A stretch of 64,000 bases of DNA, from assembly GCA_002633005.1 (NCBI GenBank), contig NMRA01000775.1, positions 1-64,000 on the forward strand, read 5' to 3'. Origin of the DNA: Phoronis australis (taxonomy: Eukaryota; Animalia; Phoronida). The translations under genes and the position numbers were made by a program. Position 1 is the first letter of the stretch, and each line of letters opens with the position of its first letter. Below are positions 24,197-37,887 of this stretch, piece after piece. The notes under the pieces are model-generated. The model did not search any database. It had not been told where the DNA came from and saw only the letters and a program-made list of their open reading frames with translations.

Positions 24197-25989
24197 GCAT
24201 TGTCTTGCCAAGAGGTGAATAAATGTCGCACGATCTCCTGAAGAGGCTACTGTGACACGTGTACTGTATCAGTAACCACTAAGCTGTTTCTACGACGTCC
24301 AAACATTTTTGTGCTCTACATCACTAAAATGCAAAGGAATTGGGTTAATTCCGACAAGGTTTTTAACCACACGAGTTGAGAGTACTATTCCCGGCAGTAT
24401 TCCTCCGTTAGCTCTGTCGCGGTCATTATCACATTTTTGGGATCTGAAAATCAAAATGCTGACCTCAGGGAAAGTCACTAATTGCATAATGGCATTAATA
24501 ACATGGTGATAGACCCAAGTCTAAGGTGACCTTAATATTTTTGTATTGGTAATACGTTTGACCTTTTAAATACCCTTTAGCACTAAGACAATGGTGGATA
24601 ATGGCGACATCCACGGAAGAACAAACTTAAGAGCTACATTGGAAATCCACAGCCTATTTTTTCACCCTTCAAGCAATTAACCATGCCAGATTCTGTTTCA
24701 GAGATAAAGGCGGGTTGTGGTTGTGAGGTTTTGTTCAATTCACATGTGGCTCTTATAGATACGGTTAAGTAAAGTAGTAAGAGACGTCCGTGCTGTCTGT
24801 TGATTTCCAGTGACGGAAGCGTGATGGATAAAAACCCACACTGTTTAGCCTTGAAGTCAAGAGTTATAGACTTCGTATGAGAATGTCAGGTTCGCTGCGC
24901 GGAAGCTAAGTGTTGACACAACCAATGACCTCGTTACGTCATTCAAGGAATAACCTTGCAAAATTTCGAAGGCCCATTATAAACATATCAAAACTGTTTT
25001 TTAGTATCATTGCTAAAGAAGTACAAAAACAAACAAAACAAATGAGTAAAGAACTCTTATTAATTAATCTTCAGAAGTATTCTGACGGATTCATTTAAGG
25101 ATACGTAGGACCTTAGAAAACGTTCAAATTTGGCTCACTTCGGAACATCATAATTGGTTGAGAGGATTCGTCTGGAACTTTCTGATACTAGGCATTATGC
25201 ACTGTTCTCTAGCTAGAAATTACGTTTTTAAATGTTTCGCTTTTCCATATAAGGGGTTATCAAAACAGGGCTTTGACGATTTTCATGAAAAACTCTGAAA
25301 TTGCACAAGACGCAAACGAAGTGATGATTTCGATAACTATAGCAAAGTTCTTGAGACTTCATTGTCATGTACATCAAATGAAATTTGGTGATGTTATTTT
25401 TGCTATCAACGGTACCTTCTTTTGCTCTTTTTTCTTAAAAAACATGGCCACGTGACCCAATTAATGGCAGTGTGGTAAGAGCCAAGAAAACAAATCTTAC
25501 ATGCCTTCTACGTCAAGAAAATATATACTTCTACTGAGAAAAAGCTATAATTTTGGAGATATTTGGCTAGATACAAGCGTAGACTTGTCAATAAGGTCCT
25601 GGGTAGTCTTAACTTTAGCAGCTGCCTGGGCTACTCAGGAACAACGTATGCATCGTTGCAACGTAATTAGACAACACAATGTTAAGCAATCGTAAAACAT
25701 GAGATAGTATCAGGCAGTATGGAACGTCTCGAAACACATTGAATAAATTAGGCTGCACGAAAACACAAAGACTAAGTGTAGTCACTATCTAGAGACAAAA
25801 TAAAAAGAAAAGCGTCTGCTCTAAACAATTATGCTAGATATATACGTTAGACTATACAAAAGAATAATTCACCATGCATGTACCAATTATGAGAGAAACG
25901 ATTTAAGTAATACAGTAAGATGGCTTCTCATTGGCTATTTCGGTTTCCTAGAGTGACGAATTGTGGAAAGCATCATCGGTAAGGTGGCA

Positions 25990-26146
25990 GTGCACGATTA
26001 GACTGTAGCCACTGGCAATTTGTATAACTAGACTGGAGACACGGGCAATTTGTACAATTGGACTGTAGCCACGGGCATTTTGTACAAGCAGACTCCAGCT
26101 ACGGGCGATTTGTACAGTTGGACTATAGATACTGGCGATTTGCACT
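25990..26146 (+). repeat. 30-bp minisatellite, about 5 copies
   Basis: Units start at 26011, 26041, 26071, 26101 and 26131, with consensus ac(g/t)ggc.atttgtaca.t.gact..ag.. Confidence 0.9.
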
Positions 26147-27923
26147 CTCTGCAAATAAATTTGTGGGATAGGCTAGGTTTGGCGGGAGTTTTGAGTAGGT
26201 TTATTGAATCTGGTTTGATTTTGATCGTAATCATATTGTGAATCAGAAAAGTCCACTAGCTAGACTGTCGATATTTTTTAGCAGGAGTTATCGTTGTTGC
26301 CACTTTTCCCTGTGCCTGGCTTCCTACTTAGTGGCAATGAAAAGGCCAAACTATGAGTCGGAATAAATTACTGTGCGCACGTGTACTGATTTTGAGGTGA
26401 AATGGCCAGCAATTTTTTTTCTGCTGTTCATAGAACTTTCGATAGAATGAAAAAGGCTACTTTTCCACCGATGTGCCCACCGCCTGGCGAAATCCGATGA
26501 GAACTCTTCAAGCGCCTCCTAAGGGAAGGCGAGTGAACTGAGAACACACGTTGCCCAGTTTTGTAATTCAAGGCATGAGTACAAAGAGCCGTAAAATCGA
26601 CAATAAGTCTAAACTAAGTGTTTTCATTGATATCCACACAAGTCACCATTTTGAGAAGGTAATATGTCGTAGACGTGGTTGTCATGGTGCGGTTTTCGAA
26701 AAAATCAAGATTGCGCTGTCACAGCATTATAATTGTTGACAGCTATGTTGAAACTGGGTAAATCGGCAAGTTGCTGGTAGCTTAGAATGAACAAATAAGT
26801 CTAGCATGAAAGCGTGCACCTATGCAAGTGCGAAGAAGATAAGCGATGTTCCCAGGTGTGTTATTATTGCCGACATGAGACAAAATTATCTTTAAGGACA
26901 GTCTCACATTTGCAAGCACCATATGGGCGACGGCCTTGTTAAATAGTGCATATCGATTTTTGTTAAGTTGCAAGGCAATCGCACATTTCGAGTTTATTCT
27001 AGTCCCACGAAAATAAATAGCAAGCGTGTCAACGAACGATTTCGTGTTTACAAACTATATACAGAGTCCAGTTACACTTTTTAGAATCTTATCTTACCAA
27101 GTTACAACTCTGGTCCCGACTCCCGCCTCGTTTTTGGTTTCTTATCGCCTTTTCATCTTGTGTCTGTCATTGTAGTGTTCGATCCTTCTTTAGTGTTCAC
27201 CTGTTACGCGAGTGCCTGCCCACTGACAAAGTTCTGAGTTAGGAAACGAAACGTCTGGACTGTGTATATAGTGTTAAAAATATGACATCGTTCACTAAAG
27301 CGCCTTTAATTTTATCTGTATTCTTGTCTTTATTTGACCTAAAACAGAACCATCCATACCCAAGGTTTCCGAAAGTGTATGCACGGTGATTCAATGGTGA
27401 CAAGGTTGCCCCCATTTCTCTTGCGCTAGTTCCACTAAACGCTGACACTCGGCTGATCAAAGACATTAATTAAGCTTTATTTTGGAGGTATGTAGTTGTG
27501 TCAGCTAAGATTCGAAGAAAGGAAAAATATTGTTCATGGTCTGCTTAAAGGCTGTGGCAACCATTTTTAGAGTATTTTTGTTAAAATACGATTTTCTGAA
27601 TAATCCTAGATTATTTGTGAAGTTTATCAAATTCCATGGGTTGTAATTAATTTTGCAAGCGTCATTCCAGAAATGATCGTAGAAAGAAATGATAGGAAAG
27701 TAGTTGCGAAGACGCACCAAGGACCACTGTTTTTGTTTCGTCATTATGTTGATTACAGGTACCACGCGCGTGAACAAGTTGATTTCCAACAGGCGTGTTT
27801 TGACTTCCAGTTATTACATTTCTTGTCAATCATTGAGGGATTCCGTCGTGAAAAGGACAACAATGCCGCTATCAACCACGTCCAAGTGTCAAATACAACT
27901 TGCTAAAGGATTTTTAGTCATTG

Positions 27924-28305
27924 CAAAGGTACCTAAACTACAACGAACTCATAAAAACGACTCACGGACCTGCAAACACCGCCCACTGACTCACAAACAC
28001 GGGAACGAACTCACAAAACACGATCCACGCGCACCCAAAAACACGGGACACGGACTCATATTCACGAGGAAACACGTAAACGGACCGCCAAACACGGTAT
28101 ACGGACAAAATGAAGATGTCAGCTGACCCAGGAAGCCGATGAGTCCGTGACCCGTGTTTGGCAGTCCGTTGGTGCGTGGATCGTGTTTTGTGAGTCCGTT
28201 CCCGTGTTTGTGAGTCAGTGGACGGTGTTTGCAGGTCCGTGAGTCGTGTTCATGCGTCCGTGCCCGTGTTTATAAGTCCGTGGACCGTGTAGTTTAGGTA
28301 CCTTG
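27924..28305. mobile_element. Foldback/MITE element with long internally repetitive inverted arms
   Basis: Termini aaggtacctaaactac / gtagtttaggtacctt. The arms are made of aaacacgg/gactcac subunits that are reverse complements of each other. A possible 4-bp ATTG target-site duplication flanks it. Confidence 0.8.
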
Positions 28306-28625
28306 ATTGCGTCCTTTTCTGTCTATTAGTTGTTGATAAAACGTCTGGTAATTCTCGTGACCACAATAATACGCTGTGTCTCAGCGGCTGGGACTATCCC
28401 ATCGTAGCAAGCAACTTGATGGCCTTGTTTTGAAGCAAGGTCCTGTCAGTTCTCCTCAGCCCAGAAATCACTTTTGATTGGAATGAGGAGCAAGATGAGG
28501 TTGAATATATTGTAATAACGACACGTGGACTAAGTCAAAGGCTATTTTTGGCATAAGGCGCAGGTTCATGGCTGTGTTGACTACGATTGTGAACAAATTA
28601 AATGAAAGCGCTCCGAGGAGCGAAC

Positions 28626-28940
28626 CTTGGCGAAATTAACCAAAAAGATGACGATAAAGATGATGACGAAGATGACGAATATGACGACGATGGTGAACAA
28701 AAGAAGTATTAATAACATACACATGACGAACGTAGAAGTCCGAAATCAGTAAGAAAAAGGCTACAGTCTTGTGCGACACTTGGCGAAATTAACGGAAAAG
28801 ACAACGACGGAGATGATGAAGAAGATGATGACGATGATGACGAATATGATGATGGTGGTGGCGATGATGAACAACATCACAACATTCATATGATGAACTT
28901 AGATGTCATAAATCAATAAGAAATAGGCTACAGTCTAGTT
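28626..28940 (+). repeat. Tandem duplication (about 155-bp unit) containing (GAT/GAC)n
   Basis: Both units begin cttggcgaaattaac and end aatca.taagaaa.aggctacagtct.gt. Confidence 0.8.
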
Positions 28941-28999
28941 CAATAGAAGATAAACCAACATCAATGCAGCAAGAGCGCTCAACAAAGGAACAGCGTTAT

Positions 29000-29833
29000 C
29001 AGAAAATCTAAAATAACTCGAAAAGTAGACGTTCTAGCGAAAAATGGAAAACATCTTCTGAAAGCCCGTTCAAAATTCTATCTAAACTGAAGGTATCATT
29101 TAATTCCGTAAATTTTTCGAAAAAAATGAAATTTTGAGTTTTTTTTAAGAAATTCAAAGTCAAATAACTCGAAAACGGTAAGTCTGAGAAAAAAATTGTT
29201 ACAGGCCATTTGAAAGAATATACTTCAAAGAATCCACATGCAAAAAATCACGTCTTTTTCTCTTCCCGTTTAAAATCGCACTCCAGCACGACTGAAAATG
29301 GGTCAACATGCGCCAGATCCGCCATCTTGAAAGCAACTTCCGGTTTTTTGGTTTTGTATAATAGCATGTCATAAGAAACTAATACCTGTAAAAATTCGAA
29401 GGAATTGGTCTGATAATGCGCCCTCTACAGGAGAAAACGTTTTTAGGCCAAAATCGAGGTGCGCATGCGCGATCGCCGATATTTCCGCCATCTTTAACCG
29501 GAAGTAAACAATTTCCGGCATACTTGTAGCAAACTTCCGGTCCATTTACTGTGCCGATTCTTAGCCGTTTACGTAAAAAATTGTAGCCTCCATAAGCATT
29601 TGAACCTTTAAATGGAAACAAAATGGCCGCCACAGCCGCCATCTTGGATCCGATTTTGACGAAAAACAATAGGCTTCCAGTACTTCCGGAAGTACGTGTT
29701 ATGTGTAAATTTCGTGATGATCGGACGAAAATTGCGACCTGTATCGTGCGAACAAACAAAAAAAAAACAAAAAAAAAAACAAACATAGTGTCAGAGCAAT
29801 ATACTTGGCGAAATTTATTTCGCCAAGTAATAA
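29000..29833 (+). mobile_element. Probable non-autonomous Helitron/Helentron-type (HINE-like) element
   Basis: The 3' end has an (ACAA)-rich tract followed by a perfect 13-bp stem-loop, tacttggcgaaat-tt-atttcgccaagta (29802-29829). Internal repeats aaataactcgaaaa and cgccatctt are present. The 5' boundary is approximate. Confidence 0.5.
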
Positions 29834-32800
29834 CGGTTAGTAACCCTCGCCAAGCGTGTCTAGCGCTTTTGGTTAGTCAATCGATAGCTGTAGGGTAAGA
29901 CATTCGTCCCTCTAGAGCGGCCTTAATCACGGGCCAGCTAGTCACTTGCTCGGGGACACTCCACCAAAAGGCTCCCACTCTGAGTCATGTTCCATGCGAC
30001 TTGCAGCTATGGTAACAGCCAAAGATGCAAATTTACAGGATCAACGCCGTGTTTACTATTGAGCAAATCGTGAGCTATTGTTAGCGACGCGTCTACAAAA
30101 AAGAGTACTAGAGACCGGCCTTGCAATGGCTTCATCCAATGTTTAAAACTTGCGACGTTGTGACCTCTAGGCCCAGTGTCTAATCCTTGTACTCGAAATT
30201 TGATTCGGAAATGAAACGCTTCGAGAAAATTTGCAAAACTGTACTCAATCATGCAGCATGATTGTTTGAATTTTGATATAAGTCTGAATCCAGTCTAAAT
30301 TCGGAGATTAGATTCTGGACCTTTGCGTTACACGAAGTCAGGGGATCGTTCAGTTACGCTAGTGCTTCGCTAGAAAAGCAAGATCTTGCAAGATTTCTTC
30401 AATAAGGTCACGGGATTTTGGCCAGAATTTTCTCGTCGCGATACGGTTTTTGAACTCTACCCAGGTTTTCTGGAGCTCAACTCTTCACACAGTAACATAA
30501 TAACATGTGCTTAAAGGAAGCGCCAACTAGCGTTAGGTTGTTTAGTCACCACCAGATTTACTGGTGTGTGTCGACATTTCATGTTCGGACGTGTTTTTGT
30601 TTTGTGTTACAAAATAAAGTTTAGTGATCTGTGCGAGACGGTGCTTCATCTTAGTCGTCGAAGAGGCAATTTTTGCGTAGTTAAGGTGCCTGTAACATCT
30701 CAGTCAGATTTCCAATGAATTTAGGTCGTGTTTTTCTGGCGTGACTTATTTAGCACGGTATACCGCAAAACAGATCGAGTAACATTCCCGTCAGACACTC
30801 TTTTGCTGTGGCAGTTTATCACAGCAAATTCTTCAAAACTGTCCAATTAGATTAATAGATCAATTAATCAATGATTAAACCTTGTTAACTGTAAAATACA
30901 ATAAACAAACTGAGTTCCTTTTCCGTTAGCTTTTTGTACGCAGTAAATACCAAAAATACTTGTATTGGGCATTCTTTCTCGGAATTCTATTTTTAATTTC
31001 ATCGATATCCGATGCTTAGGTAATGGTTTGTGCGTCATCCTTTGTCATCGCCAAGTGTAGATAACTGATTCATCTAGGCTAAGATCCGTAGACCCAAGAT
31101 TTTAGTGATGAACTTGTGCAGAAACATTGTCGCATTTGGTCCGGAAACAGTAAACCTATCCCATTTTCATGATTTCTTTCCTATAATTCAATAATCCAAC
31201 CTTACCGACCAATCACTGCAGTGACCGTCATTTTGCTAGGATACCCGTGTAAGGTCTCGAGAACACTTGCGAAACACTAGGTTGTCGCGTCGTTTTGCTT
31301 GCCGGTGGTCTACGGAACGACTGAACGACAAGCCATTGCAAATGTGATGCCCTTTGTACCCGTAAAAAGTGAATCCACGCTTACACGTCTTTTATAACAA
31401 CATTCTACACTCTACTCCCTCTGCCTGCTTTATTTAATTTTGCAACTGTTCTACTTTTGAAATCAAATTTCTGTTTACGTTTCCTTACACCAAATGAGTA
31501 ATATATAATACAGACAGTGACTGAACGTTTTTAATTTGCAGTAGTAAAACTTCCTGTTTATGGAAATATGACTGCTGTCCAGTTATAAAAGATATTCTCC
31601 GTGAAAATACTCTCATATGACGATGAGGTCTTTATCAAAGTGGGAAACTGCGCAAGAAGTGGAGAAGAGCATTTATGACGTGCCTGTAATGTGAGTGAGC
31701 CAGTTTTTGAATTTGAACTCGTCCTGGCAAGAGTGGGCGTGTTTGGTATATTGCTCGTTGCACGGATCCACAATATTGTTCACTTTTTTATGAGGGAAAC
31801 TGCATTTGATTACATTTCAAGCCGTGGGTGTCTGTCCCGAATGCATTTGAAGCATCGGCACTTCCATCGGTGTCTTATGAAGAGAGTTGGCCACGGTCCA
31901 CTTCTTACGAAATAGAGTCTAGGTGGGCACTACACAATGGCAAACGGATCTCCAGATTTGCTCCTGAGGTTAAACGTTCTTGACGGAAAATTCGCAGCTG
32001 GGCAAAGAACTGGTGACAAGTTTACCTGTGCAATCGTGGCTGAAGAAATGAGGTAAATAGCAAATAATGCCAAGAAAAAAATTAACGTTTTAAATGAAGT
32101 GACTGGCTAACAGAAGATCTGGTCAGTGGCATTTTCTTACATTGCTGCCTCCTCTAAAACTGATTGCGGGATGGAGACGCGCAAACAGTGTATGGAGAAA
32201 TCTTAGGAACCCAACTGCTGCATGAAATTCTGGAAGATCTGAGTTAATACCCAGTCTGTTCTACTGGGAAGTTCTGTCAACACCCTTCTCTGTCGGTTGA
32301 TTGTCGAGGTTAGATCCACAATTCATTCTTGATGGTTTGTGTTCATACATTTTGATTTTCTTAGTACTTTATACCGCCACGGGAGTTCATTTTGGTGTGA
32401 AAAGAAGGAAAATAGATAAAACAACATGATAATTAGATGCGCTACAGTAGTTGAAGCATAAAGACTTGCCACAAAGTACAGAGAAAATTGTACGACAGAG
32501 CCATTTCGTGGAAGATTCTAGAAAGGATCTTGGCAAGGGCAAGGGTTAACGAACAGGAAGTTAACTAAGAGCTTGTCACTTGCATTGTGGGTAGTAAGAT
32601 ACTACCTGAAGTGTTGCGTCACCAGCCAGAGACTGTGACCAGCAAGAAGAATAGCGGGTAGAAGGAATTGATTGCAAGTGTTACATCACCAGAGACGGTG
32701 AACAGCAAGTACACTGTCGCTATACAGTGTGTGCAGTTCGAAGATTCACCAACAGGACAGACATCCAACAAGTGGAGAGTCCTAGCTTGGATAGCAGATA

Positions 32801-34641
32801 AGACATTTGATTATTTAGGGCGCTAGTGTAGCTACTTTTCTTTGTAGTTGATTACTTAATTAACAACAGGTTTCACTTGTCTAATTAGGGGTTATCATAT
32901 AATAAATTAATTACTGGATTTGATTATTCACTCTCCATCTATGCACAATCTCAAAGCATAGCTACCTTTTAAACAAACCCACAGTCAATCGTCTGACATC
33001 AACAATTGCTAAACATTAATTTCCTTTTAAAAAACATTATTTCTGATATGCGTGCATGGGTCAAAATCCGCGGTAATACGGTAACAGTATGATCCATCGA
33101 AACAGGAACCCCGGGGTAAAACAAACATCCCGGAGTCGAAAACAGACTCCCACACCATCGAAACAGCTAAACAGCGCGTTAAACTCGAATTTCGACCTTT
33201 TTACGTAGCAATTATTTCTTTTTGTGGTATGTAAGAAACACAAAACAATATTTTGTAGAAAAAATATGTGTTATTCTGATGTCAAAGGGTGTTTTGGTTG
33301 CTGGAGGCTATCTTTAAGAACGCAATGATACACTATGTTCCGTGTTTAGAGCATTGTGCAATCAATGCTTTAGTACACCATCGATGAAACTCTTTATTTC
33401 GGCGCCAACGGAGCCTATTAGTAGTAACAATTATGTGCGCATAAGCTCCCACTTTTTATTTTTTCGCATCGATTGCATTGAACAATATTGTTATCTCTCG
33501 TAGAATTCCCTCCAAATTTTGTAAGGCGGAGTGGGTGGAGGGGAGGGACGGAAGAATATACAAATACATAAATAATAATGATGATGATGACAGTAGGAAA
33601 CCCTAAACTATAATGCCATACAATGCTAAACAATACAATGCAACACAATGCAATACAAAACGATATGCAGTGGGGTTCTAATATAGTAGTTTTGTTGACT
33701 GCATATTTTAGGAATATCTCTTGCTGAATGGCGGAATTGAAACTTAAATGTCATCAACACGAAGATTTCTGTTTTTTTGCAAATTGATTTTTTGTACGCA
33801 AAGAATGGTGACTTGATGTTTTTCAAATCATTTAACGTTCACCGATTTACAATTCATGATGGGTTTCGTTAGTCGAAAGATGTCGCTACGTAAACTATAA
33901 AAATTTCAACCCCTTTTGTACATGCCTTGTCTTACTATTACTTTTATTTTTTAAGTTTCGTTTGAAAAGTGAGCGGGATTTTCACGGAATCCTCATTACA
34001 TACGGCAGCAGTTGCGTAAGTGCCCATGATGCATGATTAAGCTATCCCTCACTACGGCGGCAGTTTTAGATGCTGGTGCACCATCATAAATGTAAATTAA
34101 AATATAATGCTAATATTAAATTCACTTAAACTTCAAAATATGTGATGAATGAGCATTACTTGGGCCTAAATTCTGACTGAACTGACGAACGCGTTAAAAT
34201 CTGCTTCATGAAGTTTTTTAACTAAAATTAAAAGGAAGAGAGCCTACAATCTCATACAACTTTTGAATGTTATTCCAATATCTAGATGTTATGGTATCAG
34301 GGTAAAACATATCACCGGGACTGTGTGTTAATGGAAAGCAAGTAATTTTGGTGGAAAGTACCTGGACATGGTTGATACACTAGGAAAGGTGACTGCAAAA
34401 ATTCATTTTCCACTTAATTAATATTTTAGTTTTTTAATTTCAATGGTAGGAAAATCAGCTTTGTTAATTTATATCTGAGGAAACTGAGATAGAATAAATG
34501 TTGTTTTATTTTGTTTTGAGCGATGGTTTATTTGTACTTGAGCAATCACACACGTCATGCATTTTTAAAAATAGTTTGATCACTGAAACACCCAAAGAAA
34601 TCAACTGACATGTGGCTTACTGGAGAGAGTAATGCCATTAA

Positions 34642-36127
34642 AGGAGAATGTCACCCAAAAAAACCTATTTTGTATCAATTTAGATCGAGTAATTCCACTC
34701 GATAACAGCAAGTTCAGTTCTTTTACCTGACGGCAGACGGAGGTGTTAAGATTAACCAATGACTTCACAAGTTGGAGCGCAGTCTGTTCAGCAGTTCACA
34801 ACACGCTTACTGGTGTCAGCTTATCGCTTGAATTCAGTTCGAGTTCTTAAACAAAGGTGTTTTATTTCCCGGTTACGGATTTATAGGCATGTGAACGTAC
34901 CGTGGCCTACAAAGTTGGATAGGCCAATTTACCAAGGTCGGTCGCCAGAGTTTGGGTTCTGTTCGGTGATGAATTCGAATTATTCTTCCGTGAAATACAG
35001 ACAGGAGAACATAGCTGTGCATTGTAACTTTAGACTTGTGATTTTTTCAGTTTTTTGCACACAAAACGGTTATTATCCAAGCCAGTGGCTCGGAACCCGA
35101 TCAGGCCCGTCGCGGCAGGACTGAAGAAATCATGAACATAAACTAGCCAAAGTTGGAAACTAAACTTCCAGTCACGAAAAGACTATACTAGTGAGCCAAA
35201 AAAATAATGTGCACGTGAATATTTTGGTGAATTAGCCGCGAAACTGCAAATCGTTTTACTCGTCGGCGGCCGCGAAGTTTGGTTTCCCTTCCACAGAACC
35301 GTCGGAGCAAACGTTGTACAGTGACAATGATTTGAATAATGTATATGTATATCTAAATAAAGATTCCCCTAACATGTGACCATAGCATATAAAATCTTAC
35401 AGCTTTCTGTCAGCAAACACTGAATTAGCGTGCGCTCTCATGGCCTCGGAGCCCGGTCACTAGCTTTATCGCATCTAAAGCCGGTAACGCGGTGATTTAT
35501 TCATTGCTGGCTTCTCAAAACATTTGCACTCACTATTAATCCAAAGGCAGTGCAAGTTGTATGTACTGAGCTTGACTTTGACACTTTGTTTTAGTTTTAT
35601 GTAAGCATTGGTTAGGATGAGAATAATTCATTTTGAAACGGTACGCACAATTATAAACATCAACGTGGCAACTTGCAATCCCGACGAGTGCTCATCAGTC
35701 TTTTTTACTGCCCTGACATGGGCTGTTTGTTGGCACGGCATTCTTCAGTGAAATCACTGTCGACGAAATGCCGTCCACAGACACGGAGATGTACCACGGA
35801 CTCATACTATGGTATTAACGGCGTACTTTTCATTCTTCTTCAGTGCCGCGAGCCACTTCCAAATCATTCCGGGCTCTCAAGGAAATAAAAAAACGATATT
35901 CCCGCTTTCTTTGCAAGTTCATAATTCGCACAAGCAGGAATGATACACCACACCATAGTGCCACTCACTCTGCAGAAGAACCACTGACGTCGCTGCGTCT
36001 TACTCACCTTCCTCACAGGTTAACGCGACACCTCTCGGCGAAGTAAGATCGTGCGTATACAATGTGATGTGGATATAGACCGATTAAGACGGTAAAAAAG
36101 ACCAATTAAATGGAAAGGCATTCTTCT
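34642..36127 (-). mobile_element. Kolobok-like non-autonomous DNA transposon, copy 1, with THAP-domain remnant
   Basis: TTAA on both flanks. TIRs aggagaatgtcac / ggcattcttct. The minus strand from 35956 reads MVWCIIPACANYELAKKAGISFFYFP*EPGMIWKWLAALK...RVCGRHFVDSDF (THAP C2CH motif, disrupted). Confidence 0.8.
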
Positions 36128-36131
36128 TTAA

Positions 36132-36560
36132 GACAACTGAAAACAGGAATCCTAAAATTGACCCTTGTGGAACACCTGTAGAGATATCAAGATAAGACGA
36201 AGTTACAGTATCGTCAACCAATGAAAGACGTTATCAGACAACCGGTAACAATTTAATTTTGTTAGGGCAATTGTTCAATCAACGATGTCAGAGGCCATAA
36301 ACACGGAAAATGAGTTCAAGATTTTGTTTAATTCTCACGCAGATAGTGTACAAGTTCAGTGGCACCGAATTGGGAAAAGTGGTTGGGTCGGAAAACACAT
36401 ATTGAGATTTTTATAAAGGATAATAATTAGAAAAATACTTGATGGCAATTTTGTGAATACACGGCAGTGTTTTCGGAAGACAGCTGTGACGTATAGTCTC
36501 TCGGACACTCGGTATAGTTGTCGATCCTCCTGAGACTGACTGTACAGCAGATCTCCAAGA
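36132..36560 (-). mobile_element. CR1/L2-like LINE reverse-transcriptase fragment
   Basis: SSYLDISTGVPQGSILGFLFSV (core at 36150-36176), with degenerate upstream SQYGFRPNH-like and DNYRP-like motifs. Confidence 0.7.
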
Positions 36561-37264
36561 GACATAACAGTGATGTATAAAATAATTGCCATATTTCGAG
36601 ACCGGTCATTAAACGCGCTTAATGTACTTGTAAATAATAGTCGATCATCATGTTACATCGTTTTTTCTACAATTGAGTCGCGTGATGACACTGTGTCAGC
36701 CGTGGCACTATCAAGAGCGTACATTACAAGAATTATACGTCATCAATGACGAACGTGTTGTGAAGAAAATTATACTACAAAATGGGAAAGTTGTAAAACC
36801 GAACAAAATTAATTTAATCTAATTATCCACAAATAGAATGCTAAGGCGCGTAATCTAATAATGACAAGCGTCCTAATCTGCTGAAAGATACACATGTACG
36901 ACCGTTGGGTGGATGCACTCGTCTCTTAGATGATTGTAATCGTCCACGTAACTGTACACGGCTTCTCTAAGCATTTGCGCAGTCGTTCATATCCAAGACC
37001 ATTTGCTTCAACGGCATGGCTGCAAAAATTACCAGACTCGAGAGCGTCGAAATATTGTAAATTGGTATAGTGAACATGGCACCAATAGATTGAAAATATA
37101 ATTGAAAATATTAAAGTCTCTTCTTATAACCTGTGTTGAACAAACAACTCACAGGTGTGCACTGCACTTCGGCGCTGCCTCTCACTGCAACTGCATTTCA
37201 TGTTTTACCAACACCTTGCACGCGAGTGCCTTGTGTCCTTTTGTGACCAACTGTGTCATTTTAT

Positions 37265-37857
37265 TTCTGGCCAAAAATAACCCATAACAAGAATTTATCT
37301 CGCAAGGACTCATAATTTGTCTGGACCTAAATTTAACACGTCTGAGCCGAAAATTCATCAAGCCAGGACCTAAAATCTATCCAGACAGAAAATTTATTAG
37401 GCCAAGACAGAAAAAATTCATCCCTGGATCGAGACCATGTGACCATCCACTATCCGACAGCCACAGTCAGCTCACACGCAAGCCAGCACTAGCGAGTACA
37501 CGCTTGTGTTCTCTTTTGGGCATGAATGCAATATTCTGCGTCTCTGTAATACCCAAAGGTCAAGTGAACATTGGCTTTTGCTGCAAAGCATAGATGAGAC
37601 AAAAGAACTTCAACATTATAGTCACGATAATAATACTGTTGTCGTCGAGACATTGTTAGACGCTTAGACAGACGCCATCTCTGAGGGATCAATGCTTGTG
37701 GATCGTCACGTGGTCTCCTGGAATGGAAATTTTCGAGGGTGATAAATTATTGATCCTGACGTATTACATTTTCGGTCTTGGCAAGTTAAATTTCGATCCT
37801 GAAGCGTTCAATTTTCGCTCCTGACGTGATAAGTTTTGGTCTTATTTTGGTCTTGTA
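37265..37857. mobile_element. Degenerate foldback/MITE with short subterminal tandem repeats
   Basis: Inverted pair gagaccatgtgaccatccac (37431-37450) / gtggatcgtcacgtggtctc (37698-37717), flanked by mirror-oriented arrays of short aaatt..ccaggacc-like units. Confidence 0.5.
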
Positions 37858-37887
37858 GAGTGAAAACAATGTTTTGACTGTTTTTAA

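Noticed and set aside
32489-32998. Possible solo LTR (TG...CA ends, AATAAA at 32901)
   Set aside because: No target-site duplication and no second copy in the window.
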